DNA of 64,000 nt from Bdellovibrionales bacterium. Its GTDB lineage: Bacteria; Bdellovibrionota; Bdellovibrionia; Bdellovibrionales; UBA1609. The translations under genes were made by a program, and so were the position numbers. Shown piece after piece: positions 10,217 through 19,319 of the stretch; position 1 is the first letter of the stretch; each line of letters opens with the position of its first letter. The notes under the pieces are model-generated. The model was given only the letters and a program-made list of their open reading frames with translations, was not told the origin of the DNA and searched no databases. Where the stretch lies: positions 158,305 to 222,304 of the forward strand of contig JAWLHR010000003.1 in the NCBI GenBank assembly GCA_041690295.1, given 5' to 3'.

Positions 10217-10686
10217 AGTTCAAATTCGTTTTCCTTGAAACCAAGGCGCCCTCCTGGGTGAATGAAGCGCGTTCCGAATACCAAAAGAAAATTTCTCCTT
10301 TTGTGCCTCTTGAACTGCGAACCCTTAAAAGCCCATCCGCCGAGCGTGATGAGCGAGCCATCAAACGGACGAAAGAGGGGCGCCTCTTATTGAAGGAATT
10401 CGAACCGAAAGATCTGGTCATTTTGTTCGATGAAAAGGGAAAGCTGGCCCGCTCTTCAGAGGAATTTTCCGAAAAGTTAAACCGGGTCATCCAATCCGCG
10501 AAAAGCCAGGCCGTTTTTTGTATCGGTGGCGCCTACGGATTTTCGGACGAAGTCCTGGCCCGCGCCGATGAGCGTTGGTCGCTTTCGCCGTTGACGCTCA
10601 ATCATTGGCTCGCGCAATTGGCGGCACTGGAGCAGATCTACCGGGGGCTCACCATTCTGCGCGGAATTCCCTATCATAATCGCTGA
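10213..10686 (+). CDS. rlmH: 23S rRNA pseudouridine-1915 N3-methyltransferase
   Basis: FCIGGAYG, SLSPLTLNH, EQIYRG and GIPYH. Usual position after rsfS. Confidence 0.92.
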   Translation: MKFKFVFLETKAPSWVNEARSEYQKKISPFVPLELRTLKSPSAERDERAIKRTKEGRLLLKEFEPKDLVILFDEKGKLARSSEEFSEKLNRVIQSAKSQAVFCIGGAYGFSDEVLARADERWSLSPLTLNHWLAQLAALEQIYRGLTILRGIPYHNR

Positions 10687-10725
10687 TTCCGTTTACCGGA
10701 TGTCGCGGACGTCCTGGGTTAACGA

Positions 10726-11382
10726 ATGAGTTCTTGGACGGGATTGAGTCTTGCCTTGTCTTTCCGCGTGGCTTTTTCCTTCTTGATTTGTCCCATTTGT
10801 AAGCTTCCGGGTTTTCGTGAGTTCCAACTTTGCCGGTTCTGCGCCGTCGAGCTGATGGCGAAACGAAGTCCAATCGTGCGTGGAGGTGATTTTCCCATCC
10901 GGAGTCTCTTTCGTTGGCGTCCAGGGGACATAAGCTTAATCCCCCGGCTCGCCTACGCGTATAAAGCCTGTGAGTCGACCGGGCCATGGCTGGAGTTCGC
11001 GACGTGGATGGTTGAATCTCATCCCTCTCCGCCTCCCAAGTCCGCCGTATTGATTCCGATCCCAGGACCGCGCCCGAATCACGCCCTTGGCTTTGCCCGC
11101 GCCCTCAGCCGCATTCTCGGGTGTCCCGTTGAGGATGTTCTGCTTCCGGTGCTCGGCCGCTCACAAAAGAATTTGAACCGGGAGAAGCGCTTGGCCATTC
11201 GCTTTCAGCTCCGCTCATCTGATTTGTGCATGAAATACAGGAGTGTCGTGGTGATTGACGATATCGTGACCACGGGCGCGACCGCGAGGGCGGCTTATGA
11301 GGCATTGGACAGGCCTGCTTTTTGCGAGCATTGGTGTTTAATCGACCGGCGACCTTGCGGTGACTTCCGGCCGCTGCTATAA
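10726..11382 (+). CDS. comF: ComF family protein (Zn ribbon plus phosphoribosyltransferase domain)
   Basis: CPIC...CRFC and VVIDDIVTTGAT. Start uncertain. Confidence 0.8.
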   Translation: MSSWTGLSLALSFRVAFSFLICPICKLPGFREFQLCRFCAVELMAKRSPIVRGGDFPIRSLFRWRPGDISLIPRLAYAYKACESTGPWLEFATWMVESHPSPPPKSAVLIPIPGPRPNHALGFARALSRILGCPVEDVLLPVLGRSQKNLNREKRLAIRFQLRSSDLCMKYRSVVVIDDIVTTGATARAAYEALDRPAFCEHWCLIDRRPCGDFRPLL

Positions 11383-11389
11383 AAACCGA

Positions 11390-12025
11390 ATGTTTAAATC
11401 TATCCTCCTTTGTTTATTTATCTTTTCGCCCTTTTCTTTCGCCGACGCGAAGTCGTCCGTGCGCGAAGTGAACGCTGTATTAACCAAATACCGCTCGGCC
11501 GAGGCCTTTCGCGCGAAAGTCAAAAAAACGGTTGTTCAGGAAGTCATGGAGACGGAAACGGTCGCGGAAGGCCGGTTTTATTTCTCAAAAGGCAAGCTTC
11601 GCATGGAAATGGGTGAGCCGGATTTCACCACCCTGGTCTATGACGGGCGCGTGATTTGGATGGAGTCGAAGATCGACGACGAACGGATCCAGGTTATCAA
11701 AGTCGTCTCTCGCAGCTTGAAACGCAGTGATTCGGTTTTGGCTTCGCTTTTCGGACGTGCCAGTGTTCTTGAGTCGTTCGATTTGATCAAAGAAGAGAAA
11801 TCCGGCGATATGAAGGTCTATTCGTTTAAACCGCGCCGAAGCACGAAAACCGAAGTTCGCTATTTGGAAATCGCGCTCCGGGATAAAGAGTTGCAACGGG
11901 TGACTTATAAAGATGATCGCGACAACCGGATCAGCATTGAGTTCGATGATGTCGTGCGCGAGCGGATCGATGCCGCGAAATTCGCTTACAAACCTCCAAA
12001 AGGCTCCGAGCTTACGGAATTGTGA
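11390..12025 (+). CDS. lolA: Outer-membrane lipoprotein carrier, LolA family
   Basis: Signal peptide, GRFYFSKGKLRME, LVYDGRVIW and C-terminal FAYKPPKG. Confidence 0.8.
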   Translation: MFKSILLCLFIFSPFSFADAKSSVREVNAVLTKYRSAEAFRAKVKKTVVQEVMETETVAEGRFYFSKGKLRMEMGEPDFTTLVYDGRVIWMESKIDDERIQVIKVVSRSLKRSDSVLASLFGRASVLESFDLIKEEKSGDMKVYSFKPRRSTKTEVRYLEIALRDKELQRVTYKDDRDNRISIEFDDVVRERIDAAKFAYKPPKGSELTEL

Positions 12026-13389
12026 TGGAAGAAACAGAGGTTTCAAAGAAAGTTCATTTCGTCAGTCTGGGTTGCCCCAAGAACCTGGTGGACACCGAAA
12101 TCATGCTGGGCTCGCTGATGCGCGATGGATATCAGGTCGTGGAAAATCCCGAGCAAGCGGATACGGTGGTGGTTAACACCTGCGGCTTCATCGAAGCTTC
12201 CAAACAGGAATCAATCGATAAGATTCTGGAGATGGCCGAGCTTAAAAAATCCGCGGGCGTTAAAAAAGTGGTGGTCGCGGGATGTCTGACCCAAAGGTAC
12301 AAAGATGAGTTGGTCGAGGGGTTGCCGGAAGCGGATTTGTTCATCGGTTCAGGTCAGTTTCAAAATATCGCAAAAATTTTAAAGGACTCCCGCGCCGGCG
12401 TTAAAGAGAAGAGATATTTTAATCTTCCGACCTATCTGCAAGAGGACCATTCGCCCCGGGTGAACTCCCAACCCCGCCATCGCGCTTATTTAAAGATTTC
12501 CGAAGGGTGCAAGAAACGTTGTTCGTTTTGCGCCATTCCTTTGATTCGTGGCAATTTGCAGTCGCGCAAGCTGAGTTCGATTTTAAGTGAAGCGAAGCTG
12601 CTGGTCGCGGGCGGAGTGAAGGAACTCATCATTGTCAGTCACGATTTCACGGACTTCGGCTGGGACTTACGTAAGCAAAATTCGCAATCGCGCGAAACGC
12701 CGGATGAACTCTTGCGTGTTTTGGCCGACGAGTCCGGCGCGGAATGGATACGGGTTCTTTACCTTTATCCCGACGGCGTATCGGACACCACGCTGGAGTT
12801 GATGCGTGCCCGGCCGAACTTGGTCAAATATTTCGATATGCCCCTGCAGCACATCAACAACGAGATGTTGAAGAGCATGAACCGGCGGATGACTCGGGAA
12901 AAGATCGAGCGCACGATCCATGACATTCGCGAACGTATTCCCGAAGCCGTGATTCGCACGCAGTTCATCGTGGGCTTTCCGGGAGAGACGGAAGCGCATT
13001 TTGAAGAGCTGCTTCGGTTCGTCGAAGATATGCGCTTTGATCGAGTCGGCTGCTTTACTTACTCCGCGGAAGAAAACACCAAGGCCGCTGGATTGCCGAA
13101 CCAAGTGGACCAGAAGACTAAACAAAAAAGACATGATCTTTTGATGGAGTTGCAGCAAGGCATCTCACGGCAAAAACATCAGGAATGGATCGGCCGAACG
13201 ATCGATGTTTTGGTGGAAGGCTATAGCGAAGAAACCGATTTACTTTTGGTCGGCCGTCATGCCCAACAAGCGCCGGAGATCGACGGTGTCACATACATTA
13301 ATGAGGGCCAAGCCAACGTGGGGGATATGGTGAAGGTGCGGGTCACGGACGCGATGGATTACGATCTCGTCGGTGGCATCTTGAGTTAA
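12025..13389 (+). CDS. rimO: Ribosomal protein S12 methylthiotransferase
   Basis: SLGCPKNLVD, NTCGFIE, radical SAM CxxxCxxC (GCKKRCSFC) and TRAM domain with APEIDG. Confidence 0.96.
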   Translation: MEETEVSKKVHFVSLGCPKNLVDTEIMLGSLMRDGYQVVENPEQADTVVVNTCGFIEASKQESIDKILEMAELKKSAGVKKVVVAGCLTQRYKDELVEGLPEADLFIGSGQFQNIAKILKDSRAGVKEKRYFNLPTYLQEDHSPRVNSQPRHRAYLKISEGCKKRCSFCAIPLIRGNLQSRKLSSILSEAKLLVAGGVKELIIVSHDFTDFGWDLRKQNSQSRETPDELLRVLADESGAEWIRVLYLYPDGVSDTTLELMRARPNLVKYFDMPLQHINNEMLKSMNRRMTREKIERTIHDIRERIPEAVIRTQFIVGFPGETEAHFEELLRFVEDMRFDRVGCFTYSAEENTKAAGLPNQVDQKTKQKRHDLLMELQQGISRQKHQEWIGRTIDVLVEGYSEETDLLLVGRHAQQAPEIDGVTYINEGQANVGDMVKVRVTDAMDYDLVGGILS

Positions 13390-13415
13390 GATTTGGAAAT
13401 TCCACAAGTATATTA

Positions 13416-13444
13416 TTGACATTGCGCCTCAAAGGACGTGCAAT
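13416..13444 (+). promoter_or_regulatory. Sigma70-like promoter upstream of small ORF
   Basis: TTGACA-17 nt-TGCAAT. Confidence 0.5.
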
Positions 13445-13489
13445 AGAAATATAGCTGCGGGGGCTGCAGCCGGAAATGGGGAGGGTAAC

Positions 13490-13567
13490 GTGATCACCGG
13501 TCAATTTGTCATGATGATCGTCTATTCCGTTGTGATCTTTTTCGTCGTGAATATGCTGGTCAGCTGA
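13490..13567 (+). CDS. Putative 25-aa single-pass membrane peptide
   Basis: GTG start after GGGGAGGG. Translates to MITGQFVMMIVYSVVIFFVVNMLVS. Promoter-like element upstream. Confidence 0.5.
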   Translation: MITGQFVMMIVYSVVIFFVVNMLVS

Positions 13568-13670
13568 GTTCCTAAAAAAACCCCAATCCCCCCTTGACCA
13601 TTTTTATTCAATGCGTTAAATAGCCATTTTAATTAAACTTTTAGTGCTAATCGGCGTGTTGGAGTAGTCC

Positions 13671-14903
13671 GTGATCGGTGGCCGGCTCTTCCAGAGAGTT
13701 TTTTGGATAGGTGTCTTGTTCGCCTGTCCTTTTGTCAAGGCCGAGGTGCAGTTTCAGGACATTCGAATTTGGACACGGGCTCGCAACATTGAGCCGGGTC
13801 AGCAGATTTGGTCATTTCAAACGTCCTATCAAAAGATCACTGATCGTTTTTCCAACCAAGGTGAATTACAGCCTCTGGGCCAGGCCTATAACCGGGCGGT
13901 GACCTGGCGAGAGATCCTCGAAAGTGAATCCAGTGTTCGCGCCGAGATGGAAGAATACATGCGTGAGCACGGCGCGGTTGAAACCGATTTGGCGGCTCTC
14001 GCCGAGTACGAAGTCGAGCGGGAAGAAATTGGCTTTCGATTGGCGTGGGCCTACGGACTCTTGCGGCGCTGGATGATCGGATTTGAAGTGCCGCTCACTC
14101 GCCGTGAAACCTTTGTTCGTTCGAAAGTTTCTCTTTCGCCACAGCTCAACGATTTCTCGCGACGGATCCAAGCCAGCGGCGGTGATGTTAAGCAAAAGAT
14201 CAAAGAGATCTCCGAACGGCAATTGGCCAACTCCGGTTACGACGAAATCCCGGACCGCCGATCCAGCTGGGATTGGGGCGACATCACTTTGCTCTCACAA
14301 TTCGGCGTGGTTCAAACCTATTCGTGGCACTGGTCCTTGCAGCAGATGTTACGGTTTCCCACCGCCCGCAATCAGGATATTGATGAATACATCCAAACTT
14401 CGGACGACACCGGGCAAGTCGATATCGGATTGGTTTCCTTATTGGATTATCAGGGCCGGGCTTGGACGACGGGATTTCGCACGGGCTATATCGCGCAACT
14501 TCCGGATACGACTCGTTGGCGGATATCCGACGCGGACGAAAACCGGAGAATTGATCCCCAAATGAAACGTGATCTTGGTGATTGGTGGTTCGCCTCTCTC
14601 GATTTCGATTATCGCTATTCTTCGCGCTTGCACTTGAACTTGGAATCTTCGTACCTGATGAAGGCATCGGACCGCTTCAGCAGCACCGAAATCAGTCCCG
14701 GCGAAAGCACCCGGTTCGAACGCAACACCGAGCAAGAGATCGTGCAGACCCGCTTCGGCGCCCAATACGAAATTCATTCGGGCGGAACCCGCGCGGGCAT
14801 CTCCAAAAAATGGATCGCGAGCGTGGGATACAATTATCCATGGATCGGACGTAACAGCCTGAACGCCAGTCGCGCCAGTATCGACCTGATCACCTATTAC
14901 TGA
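13671..14903 (+). CDS. Hypothetical exported protein, probable outer-membrane beta-barrel
   Basis: Signal peptide, alternating aromatic beta-strand pattern, WGDITL motif and aromatic C-terminus. Confidence 0.6.
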   Translation: MIGGRLFQRVFWIGVLFACPFVKAEVQFQDIRIWTRARNIEPGQQIWSFQTSYQKITDRFSNQGELQPLGQAYNRAVTWREILESESSVRAEMEEYMREHGAVETDLAALAEYEVEREEIGFRLAWAYGLLRRWMIGFEVPLTRRETFVRSKVSLSPQLNDFSRRIQASGGDVKQKIKEISERQLANSGYDEIPDRRSSWDWGDITLLSQFGVVQTYSWHWSLQQMLRFPTARNQDIDEYIQTSDDTGQVDIGLVSLLDYQGRAWTTGFRTGYIAQLPDTTRWRISDADENRRIDPQMKRDLGDWWFASLDFDYRYSSRLHLNLESSYLMKASDRFSSTEISPGESTRFERNTEQEIVQTRFGAQYEIHSGGTRAGISKKWIASVGYNYPWIGRNSLNASRASIDLITYY

Positions 14904-15409
14904 GCGAAATTGTAAATATCGTTATAGTTTCGGCCGATCTCTTCGGAATCCATTCCGTAACCGATGACAAAGCGGTCCTCGATCGTGCGTCCGACATAAT
15001 CGGGCGTGATGGGAAGCTCACGCAACGCGGGTTTATCGAGGAGGGCCACCACTTTGAGAGAGGCCGGATGCGAGGCGAGCAGGCGCGCTTTCAAGAAGCT
15101 CAGGGTGCGGCCGGCGTCGATGATTTCCTCGACGATGATCACGTGTTTGCCTTGAATATCTACCGTGATGTCTTTGATGATGCGACAACTTTGGCCTTTG
15201 GGTGAAGTCACGTAAACAAAATCGATGATCTGGGGCAGTTTGATTTTTCGCGCCAGATCCGCCACGAAAAGCACTGATCCTTTTAGCGGGCAAATCAGAA
15301 CGATTTCCTTGTTTTCATAATCGCGCTCGATCTCGCGGGCGATTTCAGATACCATCTCGTCGATTTCAGCTTTGGTGATGGATGGCACCATTCCTTCACG
15401 CATCTGCAT
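14897..15409 (-). CDS. hpt: Hypoxanthine phosphoribosyltransferase family protein
   Basis: LKGSVLFVADL, IIVEEIIDAGRTL, ALLDK and FVIGYGMD motifs. Confidence 0.85.
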   Translation of the reverse strand: MQMREGMVPSITKAEIDEMVSEIAREIERDYENKEIVLICPLKGSVLFVADLARKIKLPQIIDFVYVTSPKGQSCRIIKDITVDIQGKHVIIVEEIIDAGRTLSFLKARLLASHPASLKVVALLDKPALRELPITPDYVGRTIEDRFVIGYGMDSEEIGRNYNDIYNFAQ

Positions 15410-16127
15410 GTGGACCTCTTTGTGTCAGAGCCTGCGCTTGCCGCAAAAGGCGATGGGCTTCACTGTGATTGGGATCGCGTTGGACCGTGGCTTCCCATTG
15501 TTCGACGGCGCCGGGAATATCTCCGGTTTCGTACAGAATTCGACCTAAACGAACCCGCGCACTCAGGAATCCCGGATATTCCCGGATCAGGTTTCGCAAT
15601 TCGCGCAAGGCCTTGTCGGTTTCTTGCAGGCGAAGATAACACTCCACCACTTTCATGGTCAGTTCCGGCTTACGGTTCGAAAGAGTCAGCGCCTTGTAAT
15701 ACTGATCAAGCGCGTCCTTGAACCGGCTGTGATGAAAATACATCTCGCCGAGTTCATCGTGTTTGATGCTGAACTTTTCGTTGATGTACGGATCGTCCTG
15801 CGAGTTTTGCCGGGCGAGCAGCTCACGAGCTTCTTCAAAAACCTTGCGGCCTTCTTCGTATTTGCCGATGTCATTGAGAATGATGCTCAGACCGACGCTG
15901 GCGTCCGTGAAGGTGGGCTCAAGTTCCAAAGCCCTGCGAAACGCCCTGATGGCTTTATTGAATTTGCCCTGGTCGTAATAAATCGTGCCCAGCATGTGAA
16001 AGACTTCGGGCGATTTGGCGTTTTTCAAAATCAACTGGTTCAAAATCGGCTCAGCCAAAGCGTACTTGTTTTCGCGAAAATAATCGCGAGCGCTGGTTAA
16101 CATGTCGTCGTTAGATGCGGTCTCCAA
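15396..16127 (-). CDS. Tetratricopeptide repeat protein
   Basis: Multiple TPR motifs, e.g. LGTIYYDQGKFNKAIRAFRRALELEP. Confidence 0.85.
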   Translation of the reverse strand: METASNDDMLTSARDYFRENKYALAEPILNQLILKNAKSPEVFHMLGTIYYDQGKFNKAIRAFRRALELEPTFTDASVGLSIILNDIGKYEEGRKVFEEARELLARQNSQDDPYINEKFSIKHDELGEMYFHHSRFKDALDQYYKALTLSNRKPELTMKVVECYLRLQETDKALRELRNLIREYPGFLSARVRLGRILYETGDIPGAVEQWEATVQRDPNHSEAHRLLRQAQALTQRGPHADA

Positions 16128-16845
16128 TTTCGCGCCTCGCTTTCTCGGCCTCAGCGGTGTTTTTATGGTTTGCCATCAGCCGCTGATAATAGATTTTGGC
16201 CTTGCCCATTTCTTTGATTTTAAACGCGCTCACAGCCGCGCCGTAAAGCGCGCGCGCGTCGAACCCCAGTTTGGGATACTTCTGCAAAAGACCTTCAAAC
16301 CGGGCCAGAGCGCTCTCGTAATGATCGCGAATGAAATAAAAGTGACCGACATAGTATTCTTTTTCGGCCAGCATCTTCAGAGCTTTTAATTTATGTTCTT
16401 TCGCCTCTTTGGCGTAGGTGCTGTTCGGATAGGACTGAATGACCTCGTCAAAATACAAAATCGCGCGCTCCGCGCCGGCCAGGTCGCGATCGATAGTGGA
16501 AGGAAGTTGTTTAAAGAAACTGAGCCCCAACCGCCAGGTGACGTAGTCGATTTTCGGGTGAGAGGGGTGCATTTCCTTGAACACTTGATAAGCGTTTTGA
16601 GCTTCAATGTATTCTTCGCGCTTAAAGTGAATATCGGCGATTCGCAGTTCAGCTTCCGTCGCCAGTTTTGAGTACGGATGTTTGTTTTTTACCGTCGAGA
16701 ACTGCTGGATCGCTTCCTCATAACGTTCGTCTTTTTCGTACTTTTCCCCGAGTTTGAATCCACCCTCGGCCGTGCTCGTGTCGATCTCGGGAGTGGAGGA
16801 ACAGCCGAATAAAATGAGGGCTAACAAAATAGCTAAGGCGCGCAT
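16111..16845 (-). CDS. bamD: Outer membrane assembly lipoprotein BamD
   Basis: Lipobox LFGC, HPYSKLA, HPSHPKIDYV, DRD and LAEKEYYVGHFY motifs. Confidence 0.9.
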   Translation of the reverse strand: MRALAILLALILFGCSSTPEIDTSTAEGGFKLGEKYEKDERYEEAIQQFSTVKNKHPYSKLATEAELRIADIHFKREEYIEAQNAYQVFKEMHPSHPKIDYVTWRLGLSFFKQLPSTIDRDLAGAERAILYFDEVIQSYPNSTYAKEAKEHKLKALKMLAEKEYYVGHFYFIRDHYESALARFEGLLQKYPKLGFDARALYGAAVSAFKIKEMGKAKIYYQRLMANHKNTAEAEKARREIGDRI

Positions 16846-16900
16846 CTGGGAGCCATAGTACAGAAGCCCGTCGCGCAAAGTCAATTGAGCACTGGGACGC

Positions 16901-17956
16901 TCAGGATCGGGTGTCGATCAGCTGACGATAAATCGTGCTGACGGTGACCTTTAGCGTGCTGGCGACCGGAATGGAGATGATCATGCCAAGAATTCCGAGC
17001 ACCTGCGCGCCGGCGATCATAACCACGATCACCGTGACCGGGTGCAGGTCCACGATTTTGGCGACCATCCAAGGAATCAGAAGTCCCGCGTCGATCAATT
17101 GCGCGATAATATAAACCGTCGCAAGGAGAGCGATATCCAGGGAACTGTACCCGTTGACCGTGGCGATCACGAAAGCCGGGACAGCGCCCAAAATCGGTCC
17201 AAGATAGGGAATGATGTTCATCAGACCGGCGACAAACCCCAAAAGTATCGCGTAGGGGAAGGAAATAATTAAAAGCCCCAGGGAAGTGACCAGCCCCACG
17301 ATAAAGCTTTCGAGCAACCGGGCACGCACGAACTGACCGATCTGCAGGTTGATTTGGTGGAGCAGGCTCAGCGCGGTTTCAAAAAGATGATTGGGCACGA
17401 GTCCCAAAGCGCCGCGCAGGACGACCCGGCCGTCTTTAACCATGAAAAAGGCCAAGAACGGGCCAAGAAGCATGACGGTGATGAAAGTCCGCAAAAATTT
17501 TGGGACGGATTCGAAAAACTGGTGAGTTCCGGCGGTGAGAAAGGTCTCCACTCTGGAGGTCAGGTCGAAGGTGGCCAGCGGCCCCGCCAGTGAGTGCACC
17601 CGGGCTTCGAGTTCGGCGATGAAATGACTCACACCCAAAATAAAGCGCGGAGCATCTTCTTTGAGTCGGGCCAAGGTTTCGCCCAGATAAGGGGCCACCC
17701 AAACTCCGGTGAGAATCAAAGCGCAGCCGATAACCAGAAAAACGAACGTGGTCGCGAACGCGCGCGAAATCCCCTGGCGTTCCATGAAATTGACCGCCGG
17801 GCCGAGTGTGTAGGAGACGACAAACGCGATCAACGCCGAAACCAGAAGATTCTCCACCCATAGCAAGGCGAGAAATCCGCCCACCAGCACGACCAGTAGA
17901 CTCAGCAGCTTCCAGCGATTGATACGCCTGAGCGTTTGTTGTGAAACCGATCTCAT
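16901..17956 (-). CDS. AI-2E family transporter
   Basis: Multi-TM protein with NIIPYLGP and LHPVTVIV...GILGMIISIP motifs. Confidence 0.88.
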   Translation of the reverse strand: MRSVSQQTLRRINRWKLLSLLVVLVGGFLALLWVENLLVSALIAFVVSYTLGPAVNFMERQGISRAFATTFVFLVIGCALILTGVWVAPYLGETLARLKEDAPRFILGVSHFIAELEARVHSLAGPLATFDLTSRVETFLTAGTHQFFESVPKFLRTFITVMLLGPFLAFFMVKDGRVVLRGALGLVPNHLFETALSLLHQINLQIGQFVRARLLESFIVGLVTSLGLLIISFPYAILLGFVAGLMNIIPYLGPILGAVPAFVIATVNGYSSLDIALLATVYIIAQLIDAGLLIPWMVAKIVDLHPVTVIVVMIAGAQVLGILGMIISIPVASTLKVTVSTIYRQLIDTRS

Positions 17957-18492
17957 ACCTTTTCACTCATCCGTCGAATGTCTTCTTTGAGTTCGGTGAC
18001 CTTCATTGTGGTTTCTTTGAGGCGCCGGCCGAGAACTTCACTCAGCCGTATAAGAATCTTCACTCCCGTGGCGGGCTGTCTTTCGAGAATTTCGAGAAGG
18101 TCCGGTTTGAAGAATCCGATCAACACACTTTCCTCGGCGGCGATGGCCGTCGCCGTCCGGCGCGAGTTGCTTTCGACCAATGAAAGTTCACCCAGAAAGT
18201 CACCGCCTTTCAGGCGCGTGACCATATGGCTGCGGGGTGGAAGGTCATCTTCAATGGAATGATCCACGTAGATGTCGAGTGATCCGCGCAGAATGATATA
18301 CATTCCGACACCGATTTCACCCTGCCTGAAAACGGCTTCTCCGGCTTTGAACGTTCGCACGTGAACCGTGTCCTGAACGAAGCGCAGCTCCTTCTTGGAA
18401 AGGGACTGAAACACGTACGCCTGGCGCAAGGCTTCGAAAACGTCCTGATCCTGATCACTTTTTCGAAATAAGTTTTCCCAGATGAAGCTCAC
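17953..18492 (-). CDS. Cyclic nucleotide-binding domain protein (no HTH)
   Basis: FRQGE, GDFLGELSL and RTATA motifs. Confidence 0.88.
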   Translation of the reverse strand: MSFIWENLFRKSDQDQDVFEALRQAYVFQSLSKKELRFVQDTVHVRTFKAGEAVFRQGEIGVGMYIILRGSLDIYVDHSIEDDLPPRSHMVTRLKGGDFLGELSLVESNSRRTATAIAAEESVLIGFFKPDLLEILERQPATGVKILIRLSEVLGRRLKETTMKVTELKEDIRRMSEKV

Positions 18493-19259
18493 AACTTTTT
18501 CCCCTCGTTGGTGATCAAAACCTCGTCCTTCTTAACCCAACCCCTCGCGCCGTCCGAGTTTTGCACTTGCAGCCACTCATCTTGATCGCGGCGGATTAAA
18601 ACTTCATTCCCACCGCGCAATTCAAACAGGCTGACGCCTTCTTCGGCGGGCAAGCTTCGCGCGGCGACGTTGGCTTTCACCACGGTCGCCCGAACTGTTC
18701 CGAGAAATTGCATTTTAACCGTGAACACGCTCAAAACGCCTAACAAAATCAGGCTCAGTACGGCGGCGGTGAAGGGAAACGGGGGCTTGGGTTGTTCCAG
18801 CTCCAGAGCGGTCTTGCGTGCGGCGATGTATCGGATCCAAATCCAACCCGTGATGGCTAGGACCAGGGCCAACAGCCACGCGATTTCATGAATCGAGATC
18901 GATTCCAGTGTGCGTCGAATACCCAAACTGAGAGAGTCGCGCTCGAACGGAGTCATGGCGAACTTGGATTCCATGAAAGTTCGGCCCGCCAGAGCTGGAC
19001 GAAAGCGCGGATCGACTGCTAATGCCTTGCGCCAAAAAGCCATCGCGTAGGCTTTTTCATCGAGTTGAAAATAGGTGAGGGCCAAATTGTGAAATAAAGC
19101 GGGACTTGTGCGCCCCTGTGACACCAGGTTTTGAAAATGATCACGCGCTTCCTCGAACTGCTTGTTCTGGTAGGCAGCCAATCCCTTTTGGAATAAATCA
19201 TCAGCAAAGAGTGCAGGGGAAGCCGTAAGCGTTACCCAAAGGCAAAGCCATCGCCACAT
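18489..19259 (-). CDS. BatE-like TPR, TM and SH3 protein
   Basis: Real start probably MWRWLCLW at 19259. Signal peptide, TPR, two TMs and SH3-like WLQV...GWVK. Confidence 0.75.
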   Translation of the reverse strand: MWRWLCLWVTLTASPALFADDLFQKGLAAYQNKQFEEARDHFQNLVSQGRTSPALFHNLALTYFQLDEKAYAMAFWRKALAVDPRFRPALAGRTFMESKFAMTPFERDSLSLGIRRTLESISIHEIAWLLALVLAITGWIWIRYIAARKTALELEQPKPPFPFTAAVLSLILLGVLSVFTVKMQFLGTVRATVVKANVAARSLPAEEGVSLFELRGGNEVLIRRDQDEWLQVQNSDGARGWVKKDEVLITNEGKKL

Positions 19260-19319
19260 TTGTAGAAGTTTACGGACTCTCTTCGCAGGAGTAAACTGAA
19301 AATCCCGAAAGGAATTCAC

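Noticed and set aside
12025..13389. Radical SAM enzyme as possible partner of the HExxH locus
   Set aside because: It is clearly housekeeping RimO and lies about 47 kb away.
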